DNA of 62,993 bases, filler included, from Hyphochytrium catenoides (lineage: Eukaryota > Protista > Hyphochytriomycota), in the NCBI GenBank assembly GCA_900088475.1. It is 11 parts of 11 records of this genome, joined end to end, with 100 filler letters (N's around TTAATTAATTAA, not from the genome) between each part and the next. Parts side by side here need not be neighbours in the genome. Positions count along the whole stretch, not along the records: positions 30,198 to 40,788 come from FLMG01003136.1; positions 40,889 to 42,914 come from FLMG01001803.1; positions 43,015 to 46,335 come from FLMG01001051.1; positions 46,436 to 50,410 come from FLMG01002001.1; 7 more parts are not named here. One strand, 5' to 3'. Position 1 is the first letter of the stretch; each line of letters opens with the position of its first letter. Position numbers and translations under genes: made by a program. Shown here piece by piece: positions 34,790-47,102 of this stretch. The notes beneath the pieces were generated by a model, which was not told where the DNA came from, made no database searches, and saw nothing but the letters and a program-made list of their open reading frames with translations.

Positions 34790-36750
34790 ACTTCACCGTC
34801 GTAACTCTACTACCCCAACTCCAATCCATTCACACATCTTCCTCATGTGAGCCCCATCTCGCCAATTTTCATCAACTACACGAATCTTCGTGATGCCCTT
34901 TCCTTCCCTATGCTCTTCGTCTTTACCTTCCTTCCCCCTTGTTACCACCGCTGTCCCTTGTTTTATTATAAACTTTCGAATACTCCTCTTGGACTTTACC
35001 GTCCCCTTGACTTGATTAACTGTTTTCATGCGCTAAACAGTTGCACTTCAATGGGCCCCTTATTACTCCTACTTCCCCGCTCCTGTTTTACTCTCCTTAA
35101 TCTCAACGAACTCCGTCCTCTGCACATATCATTTCTGAGCTTCCACCTTGCTGTTCGTCTTTATCTCTCTTTCACCCTATGACAACTGCGTCCTACAATC
35201 TGCCTTCCCATAAACTGTCTCTTCGTTCTTTAACCTCTTGCCTACGGACTACATAGATGCTTGTCACTTCTACTCCGATAATTCAGCTTTAGCCCTCACT
35301 CTACTCGCCGGTCTGCTTCACTCTAGACATTCTTGCGAAATCGTCCTCTCTACCCATCTTGATGCTCTCTCTCCCTTTACTCTTCGTCTCTATCTGTCTT
35401 TCTGTCTTTCAGAAACTGCTCGCCCACTAACCTTCCTAATTTGAAAGTGACCGCCTTTGTTATTTCCATCCGCAGGACTCTTTCGTTCCTGTCGTTCATG
35501 CATCTCAACATTAGCCTTTAACATTTCGCCTGGGTCCTTAAGTTAACGCCTCGCGTGTCTGGCGAGCAGCGCTAAGTTCCTTTGAGGAATGCTGGCGTGA
35601 GTTGTTAGTCTTGTTCTGGGACTTTTCCACTGACTGAATTAGTTCTTAGGTCTCTACTAAGCACCATGATCTATACTCTGTTCTACTCTGTTCTTTACTG
35701 TGCCTCCTAACTTATATTCTCCTTGGGCTACCCTACTTGCTCTAGCTGCTACTGTCAGTTCTCTCCTACATCCTTTTTAATTCCTGTAAGCCCCACCTTC
35801 ATACAGTACCTTGGACAGCTACCCGCAGCATTCTGGCTACTTCAATGTCCCTATCTAGGTAATGTCTCCTTCATGTCGTTGGGTCATCCTCCCTAGGCGA
35901 TATCCTTCATGCCGTGGTTCCTGTATGTTATACTCGCCTTCTAGGTAGCTTCCCCTTTCCGTATTTAAGGTTCCGTAGTGTCTGTACGTAGGTCTGCTGT
36001 GTACGCCTCTTTGTCCTCCGTCTCAAACTCTGCCACCTGGTACAAAACATTGTGGACTTGCTTCTCATCACTGTAAGGTACGTCCTCCTCGGAGTGCTCA
36101 ATTCATTCTTCTGACTCGCCTGGTCCTTGGTTAGTAAGGGCAGAGAGTGACTCCTCGTGAGCAACTTCTGATCTTCCTAGGTTTTGTAAGAGATCCCTCA
36201 CTCCTACGTCCCTGCTCTGGCTTCTCTCAGCCCCTATTCTCCAATTGTTTCTCCTGGGCAAACAGCATCACCTGCTCTTTCTCTTCTTTCCTCTTCATCT
36301 ATATTTCTCTAAACTCTAGCAACTACTCTCCCATTTTTTTCCTAACTTATAATAGCATTCCCTATGCTCCTTTGCCGTCGCCTTACTCTTTTCCTAACCC
36401 TACATGCTCTTCACACACCCGTACTCCAATATCCTTTGGTTCCTCACTCCTGCCTCCCCGCTCCTGCTTCTCTCTGCTCCTTCCGGTAGATTCAGTGTTC
36501 TTTACAAATTCTTCTTGGTCCTCTTTCTCTTCCTTCTCTTCGTCGACTTAGCTGGAACTACTCACTCTCTCTGCACATATGATTGGTAGCCTGCTTCCTT
36601 TTATAATAAGTCTCACTTTCGTTTCATAATATACTATTTGCGCCTCCCCTCTTTCGTTTATAATTATATATATATATAATATATATACTATCTGCGCCTC
36701 CCCTCTTCTCTCTCTACCTTTTTTCTCATCTGCCTCCCGTCTATCTCTTT
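34790..36750 (-). mobile_element. Probable heavily decayed non-LTR (LINE-like) retroelement
   Basis: Purine-rich minus strand with broken K/E/R-rich frames. Faint APE-endonuclease-like motifs in order (LRCMNDRN ~35510, EVTSIYV ~35260). A (TA)n tract with a short direct repeat lies at 36630-36710. No intact domain. Confidence 0.3.
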
Positions 36751-37079
36751 CCATATGTCTATCCCCTTCGCACTGCTTCTGTCTCTTCTAATCTTCCGTG
36801 CTCTCTCTCTTCCTCTCTCTGGCGCGCGCTCCTTGTGGTAAGTCCTCTCCTCCATTCCTACAATACCTGAATTCTATGTTGAATGCAATAGAAAAGGAAG
36901 TAGTAGGGGAGGAGAAAGAGGAAGCTGACGCATGGAGCATGCTCCCTTCCTTGGTTCAGGATGGGTTAATGGATGACGACGTTTATCTCCTTTGTTACTT
37001 CGTCTACTCCTGCATCTTTATTATTCAGTTACTCTCGCATTACCTCTCTTTTCACTTTTTTTGGTACTACTAGCCTACA

Positions 37080-38050
37080 CTTCCAGGTTAGGTGCAAACT
37101 ATTACGTGTTGGTCTAGGTGGTGCCATAGGCTTCCTCCTTAGCGCCAGTCATGGTGACCAGCCGGGGTGGTGCAGCCTAGGTACCAATCTCGATACCAGC
37201 CTACGACGTGCGAGCGTAGGTGCCAGCCATAGAGTGCCAGCAGCTTAGAGTTGTCGGTCTCAAAATGAAAGCTGTAGGCCGGGAAAGGCAATCGTAGGTG
37301 TCAAGCTATGTACGCCTTGGAGTTGTTTTGATGCCAGTTTTGCTGCCAGCCTTAGTAAGTATTAGCCGAACTTGCAGCCTACGTCTCAATCTCAATACCA
37401 GGCTAAGTAGGCCTGGGAGGCCACTTGGTTGCATAGCCAGTAGTTGCCCACTAAGACACCACCCCAAAATGTCCAACGTCCAGCAGCAGGCCGCAGATGT
37501 AGCTTAATCAGCCTCCTTGGTGTCAGCCCCGGTGCCACGATAGGTGGCTGGCTAGATAAATATTGTAGGTGCCAGTCTGTTCTTAGCTCCAACCTTTTGG
37601 CCAACGTAATAGTTATGTACCAGCATTATTGCTGATCTTCTGCCCTCGTTTATTAGCGTCAACTTGCCTCGGTGTCGGCCCAGGTGCCACCCTTAAGACC
37701 ACACTGAGTTGCTATCTTGGTTAGGTTAGGTTATAAACCCTAATACTAAGCGGCATGTAGCAACTTAGAAGATGCCAAGCCTCATACCAGTATTACTTGG
37801 AAGCCAACTACCTGTCATACTCACTACCAGCTTTAGTTGTCAGCGTAATTTGTCATCCAGGCGGGCAGTAGGGCCACACCTGGTGCCAAGCTACTAGGTG
37901 TGTGCCAATTCCCAGCCTTAGGGCCGGCCTACATGCCAGCCTTAGGTACCGGCTTCGGAGACCACTTGGTTCTTGCTCTTGGTGTCGACGCCTAGGTGCC
38001 CGCGTATGTTCCAGTCTACTTGTCAGGCTAGCTGTATCCGGCGTAATTTT
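37080..38050. repeat. Degenerate ~12-bp-period repeat (consensus ~GGTGCCAGCCTY); similar sequence at ~39330-39560
   Basis: Examples: GGTACCAATCTC GATACCAGCCTA; GATGCCAGTTTT GCTGCCAGCCTT; GGTGTCAGCCCC GGTGCCACGATA; GGTGTCGGCCCA GGTGCCACCCTT. Confidence 0.55.
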
Positions 38051-38209
38051 CAGCAAAGATTATTACCAGATTAGTGGATTTCCTTCCGCTCACCTGGTGA
38101 CGTGACAGAGCATGCAATGTATGACAAGCCTCTGGCTGGGCGCATCAAACTGGCGCTTGAGAAAACTAGCCTGGGAGCACCTTGCCGCACAGCTGGGTCA
38201 AGCTGGAGG

Positions 38210-38460
38210 AGGCTCTTAGGGGACAGAGATTAGGTCGTCGTAGCAGTGGGTTATGTGGGCGCTTGGCCTAGCGAATGTTCGGGAGTGGTAGTTGGAGAGC
38301 CTCCTGCCTGTTGGGCCCTACCATTCTCGCCGAAGTGTCGGGGTCTCGGCCCCCATGAGGCAGTACTCCAACCTTCTGAGGAGGAAGAAGTAGGCCAGAA
38401 TAGCGAGGCTCCATAAGAGTTGGTGGTGTGGTGTGTACCAAGATATAAAGTTCGAGAATA
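38210..38460 (-). pseudogene. Tyrosine recombinase remnant (DIRS/Ngaro/Crypton-type)
   Basis: HHQLLWSLAILAYFFLLRRLEYC matches the LW....L.(F/Y)FFLLR.SEY box that carries the first catalytic Arg. Downstream, PNLCPLRA matches LCPV.A. Stops and deletions intervene and no HxxR or Tyr box was found. Confidence 0.65.
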
Positions 38461-40169
38461 TAGCTGAGTGCTCCTTGAGAGGTAGTGTTGGACTTGTGCT
38501 CTTCGTACGATTGATGAATGAATTAGTTGATCGAAGTGACCAAGTGCTCATCAAGCTCTTGTCTAGTGATTCTTCTAGAGCTAGCTAGCTAAACTATGGA
38601 AGTCCCTAACTTACTACTGACCTACTGAGCTACTTCCTATATCCAAGTTTTACGATGAAAGAGCAACACATGCAAAGAAGATAGAAGTAGAAGGGAGTGA
38701 GAGAGAAAGACTTCAGAAGAGGCACGAAGAAAGATAGGCTTTCAAGAGCTTCGGTCCTTGTGTCCAGTGAGAACTTCAGAGCGCCATCAGAACTTCCATC
38801 TGCAAAGTCAAACGCAGAAGACCAGCACGGTCTAGTGCAGAGACAGTGCGCGAGAGACTTCCAGTGGAGAGTCCGATCGTCAGTAGTAACTTCCAGTACT
38901 GTTTACAGAGAAGCGCAGCAGGATTGACACGACTACGGGCTGCTTCTATGTAGTGGGAGCGGATTAGTGGCTAAGGCCTTGTCTTAGAAGCGCGAAGCCC
39001 GGGGTGAGAGGGATCCCGCACGTGGAAGAAGCGCTGAAGCCAGAGAACTGCGCTGAGCTTATAAAGGGTGGTGGCCTTTGTGTTGCCGTCCTGGGCATCG
39101 CGTTGGAACAATATCCTCTGCAGTAAGCAGCGAAAGCACGAAGGTGCTCAATATTTCTACTGCGCTGCATGGGTGTAGTCAGCTGTGCCTGCCCTCTCTA
39201 TTGCCACTATGTCTAGGTTCTGCGCAGGCGCCAAAGGCTGAGGCTGACCGAGTAAATCTGAGACTGAGGAGCGAGGTCAGCCCCATCCCCTAACGGCGCC
39301 AGGAAGGCCTAACATCCCCCGATTGCCTGCCTAGATGTCAACCTAGGTGTCACACAGTGGCAGCCGACTTACCGCGGTAGCTTGGTCCCAGGCTAACCAT
39401 TCGTGATTGACATAGTCCTTAAGCAGCGCCAGCTTAGCTGCCATTCTAAATGCCAGTCTCAACCTCCTGCTTAGGCCCAGTTGCCGAAATAGGTGCCAGA
39501 TGTTTTCCAGGCTTAGGCCAGCCTGGTATCACGTACCAGCATTGATGATTGACCCTACTTTGAGGCAGGACCAACCCAGAAGTCCGCAGAGGCGTCAGCA
39601 CCAAGTGCCGCAACGCCCAGAAGCGAGCGGAGGTTATTGACCCCAACGCTAAGCGTTTATTGGCAGCCACCGCGTGCCAGAACAAATGCGCTGATATTCT
39701 ATTAAAGCATCCTCAAAAGTACCCTTTCTCTTGCTCGCCTACTCGAGAGTTATGATGATCTTGTGTGCCCTCTCTTCCCCTCCTCTCTCTCCGATTGTAA
39801 GGGCTGAGGAAATCAGCTATAATGACTCCTTTCCTATCTTGATGGCGGACCGGGCATTAGACAGACCAAAACTTCGTAGTGGGCTTCTCCTTGTTATGCT
39901 TGCCTCTATCGTTTTTTTATTTCCTTGCCTTTCTGGAAGTACGAATTCAGGAGCAACAGGAAAAAGCATTGCCCGCTATCTCGTACATCATTAGGTTGAT
40001 ATTAGAGACAGAAGAATGCCCGGGATGAGAGGGAACATACCCTCAAAGGAGATGATAGGGAGCTCGATATCAAAGAAAAATTGTCAAAAGCAGCGAGAGA
40101 AAGAAGTACCGGGATACCTATTGAAGGCTCACCCTATACAACGTATTAGGGCCTAGGAAGATTATGTGT

Positions 40170-40450
40170 AGGACTAAAAGAGTATCGTGTCAATGAGAGC
40201 GCAAAGAGGAAGACGGCGGAGGTAAAGAAAATTCAGGGCAACAGGTAGGAAATGTCCAGTAGGAGCAAGCGGACGGAAGGAAGTAAAGCATGAGTCAACT
40301 TCGACGAGACAGAGAGCACAAAAGAGACAGAGGAGAGGGGGGCGGAGGGCCTCGAGTGAAAAGAGACACTGAGTTCGGAGGGAGGAGGGCTATTGTTTTT
40401 GTTCAGTATTTATGATCCTCAAAGCAGCAGCGTGGAAAGGAAGGAGGGCT
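40170..40450 (+). mobile_element. Possible decayed LINE APE-endonuclease fragment
   Basis: Motif-like words in APE order across broken frames: SIVSMRAQRG, VNFDET, a Gly-rich stretch, LFSIYDP. Weak. Confidence 0.25.
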
Positions 40451-41225
40451 GAATAGATTGTACGAGTAGGGCTAGCTAGGACAGCAATCAAGGCTAAGCA
40501 ATATAAAGCAAGAAGAGAAAGCGAAGCTCAAGCGAGCAGTCGGTTGTAGGAAAGCCTTACAAGAAAGCGAAGAATGGTGAGCCATTTTCTAGGACAAGGA
40601 AGGGTAGCCAAGAGGGCGAAATGAAGGAGATGAGATCCGGCTTGAAGAGCCAAGGCAGATTTAACTTAGAGGCAACAACAAGAGATTACCAGGACGAGTG
40701 CAAGATTAAGAGAGAGCAAATGAAAAAAGGAGTAATGGAGTGCACTGAAGGTGACAAACAAGCATACATATATATATATATAAAATATNNNNNNNNNNNN
40801 NNNNNNNNNNNNNNNNNNNNNNNNNNNNNNNNTTAATTAATTAANNNNNNNNNNNNNNNNNNNNNNNNNNNNNNNNNNNNNNNNNNNNGAGAGAGAGAGA
40901 GAGAGAGAGATGATGGGTGTTCAACAAAAAGTTTATGTACTATCTCCTTCTTCGTTTGGCAACCTTCATTTTTATAAGTCAAGAAAGCTCCTTCACCGAT
41001 CAAAGGACGAGAGAGATCATCGCGGAGAGACGGAGCCATAGGGAACAATGAGAGAGAGAAAAAAGAAAGAGAGAGGGAAGAGATGATGGTTCTTCTGTGG
41101 TGGAGATAGAGCGTTTCTCAAGAATTTTGGAGATTCCTCCATAAGGCTCAGTCCACAAGTTAAGAGCAGGGAGACAACTTCAGAAAGAGAAGAAGATAGA
41201 CGAGCCATCCTTGGAGCTAATAGAA

Positions 41226-41266
<41 letters not shown>

Positions 41267-43572
41267 GATGTGGACAAAGTAGAATCATTCCAAACAAAGG
41301 GGTAACTGTCCGTTGCAAGGAATGCAACGACTGCGCTCACTGAAGAAGGATGAGAGGAGGAGGAAAAAGGAGAGAGAGAGAGAGAGAGAGAGAGAAAAAA
41401 AAGTAAGGGAAGAGTCCGCCTTACGTGGCGGTGCCTCGACCAGCAGAGAAAGAGGAAACAGGAGAAGAGAGAAGAAAAGAGGGAAAAAGAGCTGGTTCTT
41501 GCGCCTCTTTAATGAGTTCGTCTGGTGACATGTCTGATAACGTTGCTCACTGCCAGGTCTACAAGGTCGTGGAAGACAGGCACTGCCCATTGCCTGTCGT
41601 CTTCCAAGAGAGAGAGATTGCTTGTTATGAAAGGAGCGAGAGAGAGGGAGAGAGCGAGAAGAGAGAGAGAGACAAGGAGCAAACATCACAGCAAGGGAGT
41701 GGCAAGCATGGGAGGACAAGTGGTCAGATCGAAGAGCAAACAACAGGCAGCTAAAATCCACCCTCCTTCCCGCCTCCCTCCTCTCTCTCTCTCTCTCTCC
41801 TTTTTTTCTGCTCTCTCTTTCTCTCTCTCCTCCTCTCTCTCTCCTTTCCTTTCTCTCTTTCTTTCTCTCTCTCCTCCTCTCTCTCTCCTTCCCTTTCTCC
41901 CTTTCTCTCTTTCTTTCTCTCTCTCTCTCCTCTCTCTCTCCTTCCCTTTCTCTCTTTCTCTCTCTCTTTCTCTCTTATTATTCTCTGCTCTCTTTGTCCC
42001 TTCCTCTCTTCCTCTCTGTGTCCTCTTGATCACTTCAACGTGCTCTTTTGGCCTTCTCCTGCCATCCTCTCTGTATGGCTGAATTGCCCACCTCACCGTA
42101 ATTGGATTGATATATATATAATTACTCTGTCTCTGGTCAAGTGTTACCTCGTGAGTCCATCAAGTCACCCCCCAGACAGGTTAAGAGGACCAATCAGCGC
42201 TAAGCCCGCACCGGACTCTTAGTCCCACCTGTGCGGGGAGGGAGTGATCTATGTCCTCTCACACTATTATTACAGCTCCTAGGAGCTAAACTATAGCTTT
42301 ATCCTCTAGAAAGACATTATTATGACAAAATGCCAAACACCATCTTAGCCTCGAAGGAAGGCGCTAACGGCTTTCCACAAAAAGATGGGCGACAGGAAAT
42401 GGTATTTCGGCATCGGGGTTTGGTGATCCTCTATAGGCTATTCTCTCAAAGCCAGTGTCTCCCGAATCCTGTTACTGTTGTTTCAAGACACTTTTGGTAA
42501 ACCTAGAAGGACATGCTAGAACACCAGAACACCTAAAGCGTAGCACTGCCGAATCTAACTTTCCTAGTTTGACACCAGCACAAGGGCCAAAGATAAGCTG
42601 TAAGCTGTACGGTCACTGACAATAAACCCCACATCACCAGTTTTCGTACTGATAATTGATAATCATCAATCAGCAAACTAGGATCTTGTGATACTTGTAA
42701 CTAATGAACTAATGAATAACCAAAAAGCAAAGAATCATCAGAATGCTCAATTAGATAACTTATTTATAAAAGTTCTGCCTCAGTCATCAGTAATCTTTAG
42801 GCGGACTTGTGGGGCGTTACACTGCAATGAACGAACATAAGGCGCTTCTAAACCTGTCTCTTCCTCTCTGATGCCTTTTGTGCAGCAAGAGAGAGAGAGA
42901 GAGAGAGAGAGAGANNNNNNNNNNNNNNNNNNNNNNNNNNNNNNNNNNNNNNNNNNNNTTAATTAATTAANNNNNNNNNNNNNNNNNNNNNNNNNNNNNN
43001 NNNNNNNNNNNNNNAGGGGTGGTACAGAAAGTGCATAATCTCAGCCAAATCAGCTTGTAGCACCTTATTGGGTCCGAGCAATGTGATTGGCGGTTGGCAG
43101 CACTTTCCAAGAGCACGGCGCTCTGATTGGCTGAGGCCTCTTAGTCCGTGCTGAACTTTCGCCCCATGCTCATCCCAAATTTCCTGAGACATTTCTCCTC
43201 CTTTCTCTGAACCCAGGCATTCTCTGATAATCCGATTCTCTGATAATCAACCGCTACGGAGTGAAGGTACGTAGAGTTACGGTTATATATCCCTGAGGAT
43301 ATTCCGCCTTTAGGCAGACTGTGAGAGACTTTCCGACCTATTGGTGTTCCCTGAGAGGCTGCCTGACATTTCTGCCCCCGCCCCACTGACTAGACCGTCC
43401 GTCAGTTTTCGTTTCTTTTTCCCTCTCTCCCCTCTTTCTCTCTCTTTACTCACACTCTCAACACTCATTTCCCTCTCTCTCTTCCCCTCTCTCGGTCACT
43501 CTCTCTCTCTCTCTCCCTCTCTCTCCCTCCCTCTCTGGCTCTCCCTCTCTAGCTCCCCCTCTCTCCTCTCCC

Positions 43573-43626
<54 letters not shown>

Positions 43627-44224
43627 CTCTCTTTCTTTCTCTCTTTCTCTCTCGCTCTCGCTCCTCCCGCTCTATTTATTCTCTTGTGCCGCCTCAGTTC
43701 TCTCCCTCTCTTTCCTCTCCAAACGAATGTCCTCGTCTCGTCACCTCTGTCTTACGTCTTCATCTCAGCCCGTTCAGCTTATACGATGATGCAGCCTCGC
43801 CAGCAGCTCAACAGAGTTATCAGTTTTTTCTCCGTTCACCGATGAAGGGAAGACAGGTCCTTCAGGTGACTGAAAGCCGCTCACAGCGGAGCACTACACA
43901 TGTGGAAGAGTCATTTCTCTTTTTATAAAAGTTCTTGCTTTCCTTCACCTTGCGCTAGCTTTTGACTGTCATAGCTCCTGCCTCTTGCGCCGCACATCCC
44001 TGTAGTGCTTTCCTCCGGCCTCCTAGCTTTCCAGTTAAGGCTCGTCGCCTCTCAAGATCCAGCTGTAGCGCCAGCGAGACGTCAGCAGTGCTCACCCATA
44101 ATTCTCGTTGGCCTCCAGATTGGGCTAATTCTTTCTCAGGTGAAAGCGCTACTTTCTCTGTCACCCTGGAGCGCAGATTGCGGTAAGCTTGCGCAGCCAG
44201 ACAGCTGCATCTGGCGCAAAGAAT

Positions 44225-45670
44225 ATGAAGCTTTGGGCTCGTTGTCTACTATTAACAGCTCTCGTAGTAGCCTTGAACAGCGCAGTGCAAGGCGTGCAGC
44301 TCGGTCTAGACGCCCAAGATGACCTCTTCTTCTCGAAGACTTATGGCGTAAGGTCCTTCGCCTCGACAAAGGTCACTCCGGAGGCCAACAAGCTCTTCAT
44401 GTCCCCGCTAGCGAATGACAAAAGAGTTGGCTTCGCCTATTTTGCCACTTTTAGCTTTGGTGGCCGACAAACTAGCTTTCTTATGGATTCTGGCTCATCA
44501 GACATCTGGGTGGATGGTTCTCAGGACACAACGGCCTCCACAGCTCTGTTCTCTAACGTAGGCCAGCCGTGCTGCTCAGCGATATGCTGTAAGAATAGCA
44601 CTTGCAAGGGTCAAACGGACTCTAAAAGCTGCACATTCTCGATAACCTACGGCTCTGGAGAGACCCGAGGCCTGATTGGCTTGGCAGATATGGTCTTTAA
44701 CAGCCAGGTGTTCAAAGGCATCCAGTCCGGACTTGCCACCAGAGTTCCCGTCAGCATTCCAGCGATAATAGGAATGGCATTTCCTGCTCTCTCCACCTAC
44801 ACTTTCCCCAGCTTCACTCAGCTGTTTCCTAAGTTTACGTTCCAGTTCAACTCCAATCCCACCCTGGACGTAGGGAACGTTCTTTATGTGGGAGACGATG
44901 CAGAGGTGGCTCTTCCTCAAGGTCTAACCTGGAATAAGTTGACTGTGGTGCCTGATAAGGGTAAGGACTCATCTCTTGGAATAGGCCACTGGACAAACCC
45001 TCTGCTGAGTGTTAGTGTCAACGGGATGGAGTTTCTTGGCAGCCCTTCTGTGACAATCGTAGACTCGGGTACCTCGCTGCTGGAAGTTCCAGAAGCCGTC
45101 TTCCCTCCTCTGGTGCGGGCTTTGACTCAAAATAGTCCAGACTGCAAAATCGTCAACTGTGCTGGTGCCTCTCTGATGACTTGCAAGTCTAAAGATGTCC
45201 TTCAAACATTGGTATACAATATAGACGGTGTCGCCTTTGACCTTAGGCCGGATGCATACGCACAGTTTGGACTCTGCGGTTCAACCTACACTCTCCTTAT
45301 TGAGGGAGGAGGTAGGGCCAGCACTTGGATTACTGGCTTGGTCTTCATGCGTGCTTTTCAGTATACGCAGTTCGATGCAACAAAGACACCTCCAGTGGTA
45401 AGAGTTGCCTGTGGAGCAGGCCGATGCACCAGTTACCAGACCGATAACAGCGATCTGAGTGCGGGTAGTAAGCTTTCCACCACAAGCATTGTCCTGATCG
45501 CGATCGGCTCAGTGGCGGCCGTAGCAGGTCTGGGAATCATTATCTACTATTTTGTACTGAAGAAGAGACCGAAGACCAACCAACAGCAATACGAAGAGAT
45601 CTACTTCACCAACCAAACGCCTAATGGGGCTTATTATCAGGAGCATCAACCCCAGCGAGTAGGGGTCTAA
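44225..45670 (+). CDS. Membrane-anchored A1-family (pepsin-like) aspartic protease, intronless
   Basis: ATG at 44225 gives signal peptide MKLWARCLLLTALVVALNSAVQG. Catalytic motifs FLMDSGSSDIWV and TIVDSGTSLL, flap SITYGSG, IIGMAF and WITGLVFMR. C-terminal TM IVLIAIGSVAAVAGLGIIIYYFVL, then KKR and a short tail. Confidence 0.95.
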   Translation: MKLWARCLLLTALVVALNSAVQGVQLGLDAQDDLFFSKTYGVRSFASTKVTPEANKLFMSPLANDKRVGFAYFATFSFGGRQTSFLMDSGSSDIWVDGSQDTTASTALFSNVGQPCCSAICCKNSTCKGQTDSKSCTFSITYGSGETRGLIGLADMVFNSQVFKGIQSGLATRVPVSIPAIIGMAFPALSTYTFPSFTQLFPKFTFQFNSNPTLDVGNVLYVGDDAEVALPQGLTWNKLTVVPDKGKDSSLGIGHWTNPLLSVSVNGMEFLGSPSVTIVDSGTSLLEVPEAVFPPLVRALTQNSPDCKIVNCAGASLMTCKSKDVLQTLVYNIDGVAFDLRPDAYAQFGLCGSTYTLLIEGGGRASTWITGLVFMRAFQYTQFDATKTPPVVRVACGAGRCTSYQTDNSDLSAGSKLSTTSIVLIAIGSVAAVAGLGIIIYYFVLKKRPKTNQQQYEEIYFTNQTPNGAYYQEHQPQRVGV

Positions 45671-46670
45671 GCAGACAAGGAAGGGGCGATCAAAAAGACT
45701 GAGGACGAGAAGCAAGAGAGAACCCATTCCTCTCTTTTGCTATAGTAAATATGTAGGTGTTGCCAATGTGTCTAAGTATTTATAGGTGCTTGAGTCCGCG
45801 AGCTGGCTGCTAGGTCAAGGTTTCCTCGCAGTTCCAATGAAGAAATATTGCCATAGGTAGTGCAATCGCTCTCTCTCTCTCCATGGACCCAAAATAATAT
45901 ATTGAAAGTGATAGCTTCATACAGAAAGAAAGCAATGTCAGTGTGGCTGTCACCTGCAAGATGACCCTCCGATGATTCAGCGTCTCTAGGGAACGTGAAA
46001 GGGGAGAAGAGAGTATGTGAACGATGCCGGTGAATAGAAGTAGAGCGACAGAAAGAGATATATCGAGTGGCCAACCAGGGACTCTTGGTAGAAGGCGCTT
46101 CACTTGCTCTCTCTTCAAAGCTTTGTTGTCAGTGTCCTGCTGAGGAGGAAACATCATCCGATGGTGCGTCTTCTCTTATGTCTTCCCTTTTCTTTTCTTC
46201 TCAAACCTGCTTCACTTAGGGAAGTGTCTCTCTCTGTCTTTCTCTCGCTGTCTTCTCTATCCATCTTTTGATCTCTCCTCTCTCTATCTGTCTGTCTGTC
46301 TCTCTATCTGTCTGTCTCTCTCTCTCTCTCTCTCTNNNNNNNNNNNNNNNNNNNNNNNNNNNNNNNNNNNNNNNNNNNNTTAATTAATTAANNNNNNNNN
46401 NNNNNNNNNNNNNNNNNNNNNNNNNNNNNNNNNNNAGAGAGAGGACGAGAGGAGAGCTAGAGAGGAGAGTGATGGAGCTAGAGTGAGAATTTAGTGGATC
46501 AGAGGAAAGAGAGAGAGAGAAAGACAGTGAGAAGATAGTGAAGGAAGAGCAAAGTGACAGAGAGAGAGAGAAAGGGGAGAGAGGTTAGCTAAGTATTGCA
46601 TAAAAATCAAGGATATCCGGCCTTTTTTGCCTCTCTCCTTTGTGAAGGCTGACTGTTTGCTTTTTCCCTT

Positions 46671-46727
<57 letters not shown>

Positions 46728-46917
46728 TCTTTCATTGCTCTCTTTTCTACAATGGCCACTCTATCTTTCCCCTCTATCCTGCCTTCTTCGTTTCCCAACT
46801 CTTCTGTCACTTCTACTTATCTCTCGCTTCTCGCTTTCTCCACCACACTCTGCTACCTTGCCTTCTCTTTCTATCTCCCTCTCTCTCTCTTTTCCTTTCT
46901 TTCTTTCTCTCTTTCTT

Positions 46918-46991
<74 letters not shown>

Positions 46992-47102
46992 CGCCTTCTC
47001 TCTATCCCTCAACATTTCCAAAATCCTCTTTTTTATTTGTCCGTCCGCTGGCCCTGTCCTCGTCCTCTCATTTCTTTCCTGATGCTGCTATTCTTGCCAT
47101 AG

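Noticed and set aside
40889-43400. Short protein-like frames (MSDNVAHCQVYKVVEDRHCP.. at ~41530; MSQEIWDEHGAK.. at ~43190) and similar fragments at 7116-7400, 17545-18357 and 50511-50890
   Set aside because: They may be exons of truncated genes, but I could not build consistent splice models or recognise domains.
21738-45670. Alternative genetic code (stop-codon reassignment)
   Set aside because: TAA, TAG and TGA each end apparently complete genes (protease and cyclin; SNARE; HA protein), and no in-frame stops occur in conserved exons.
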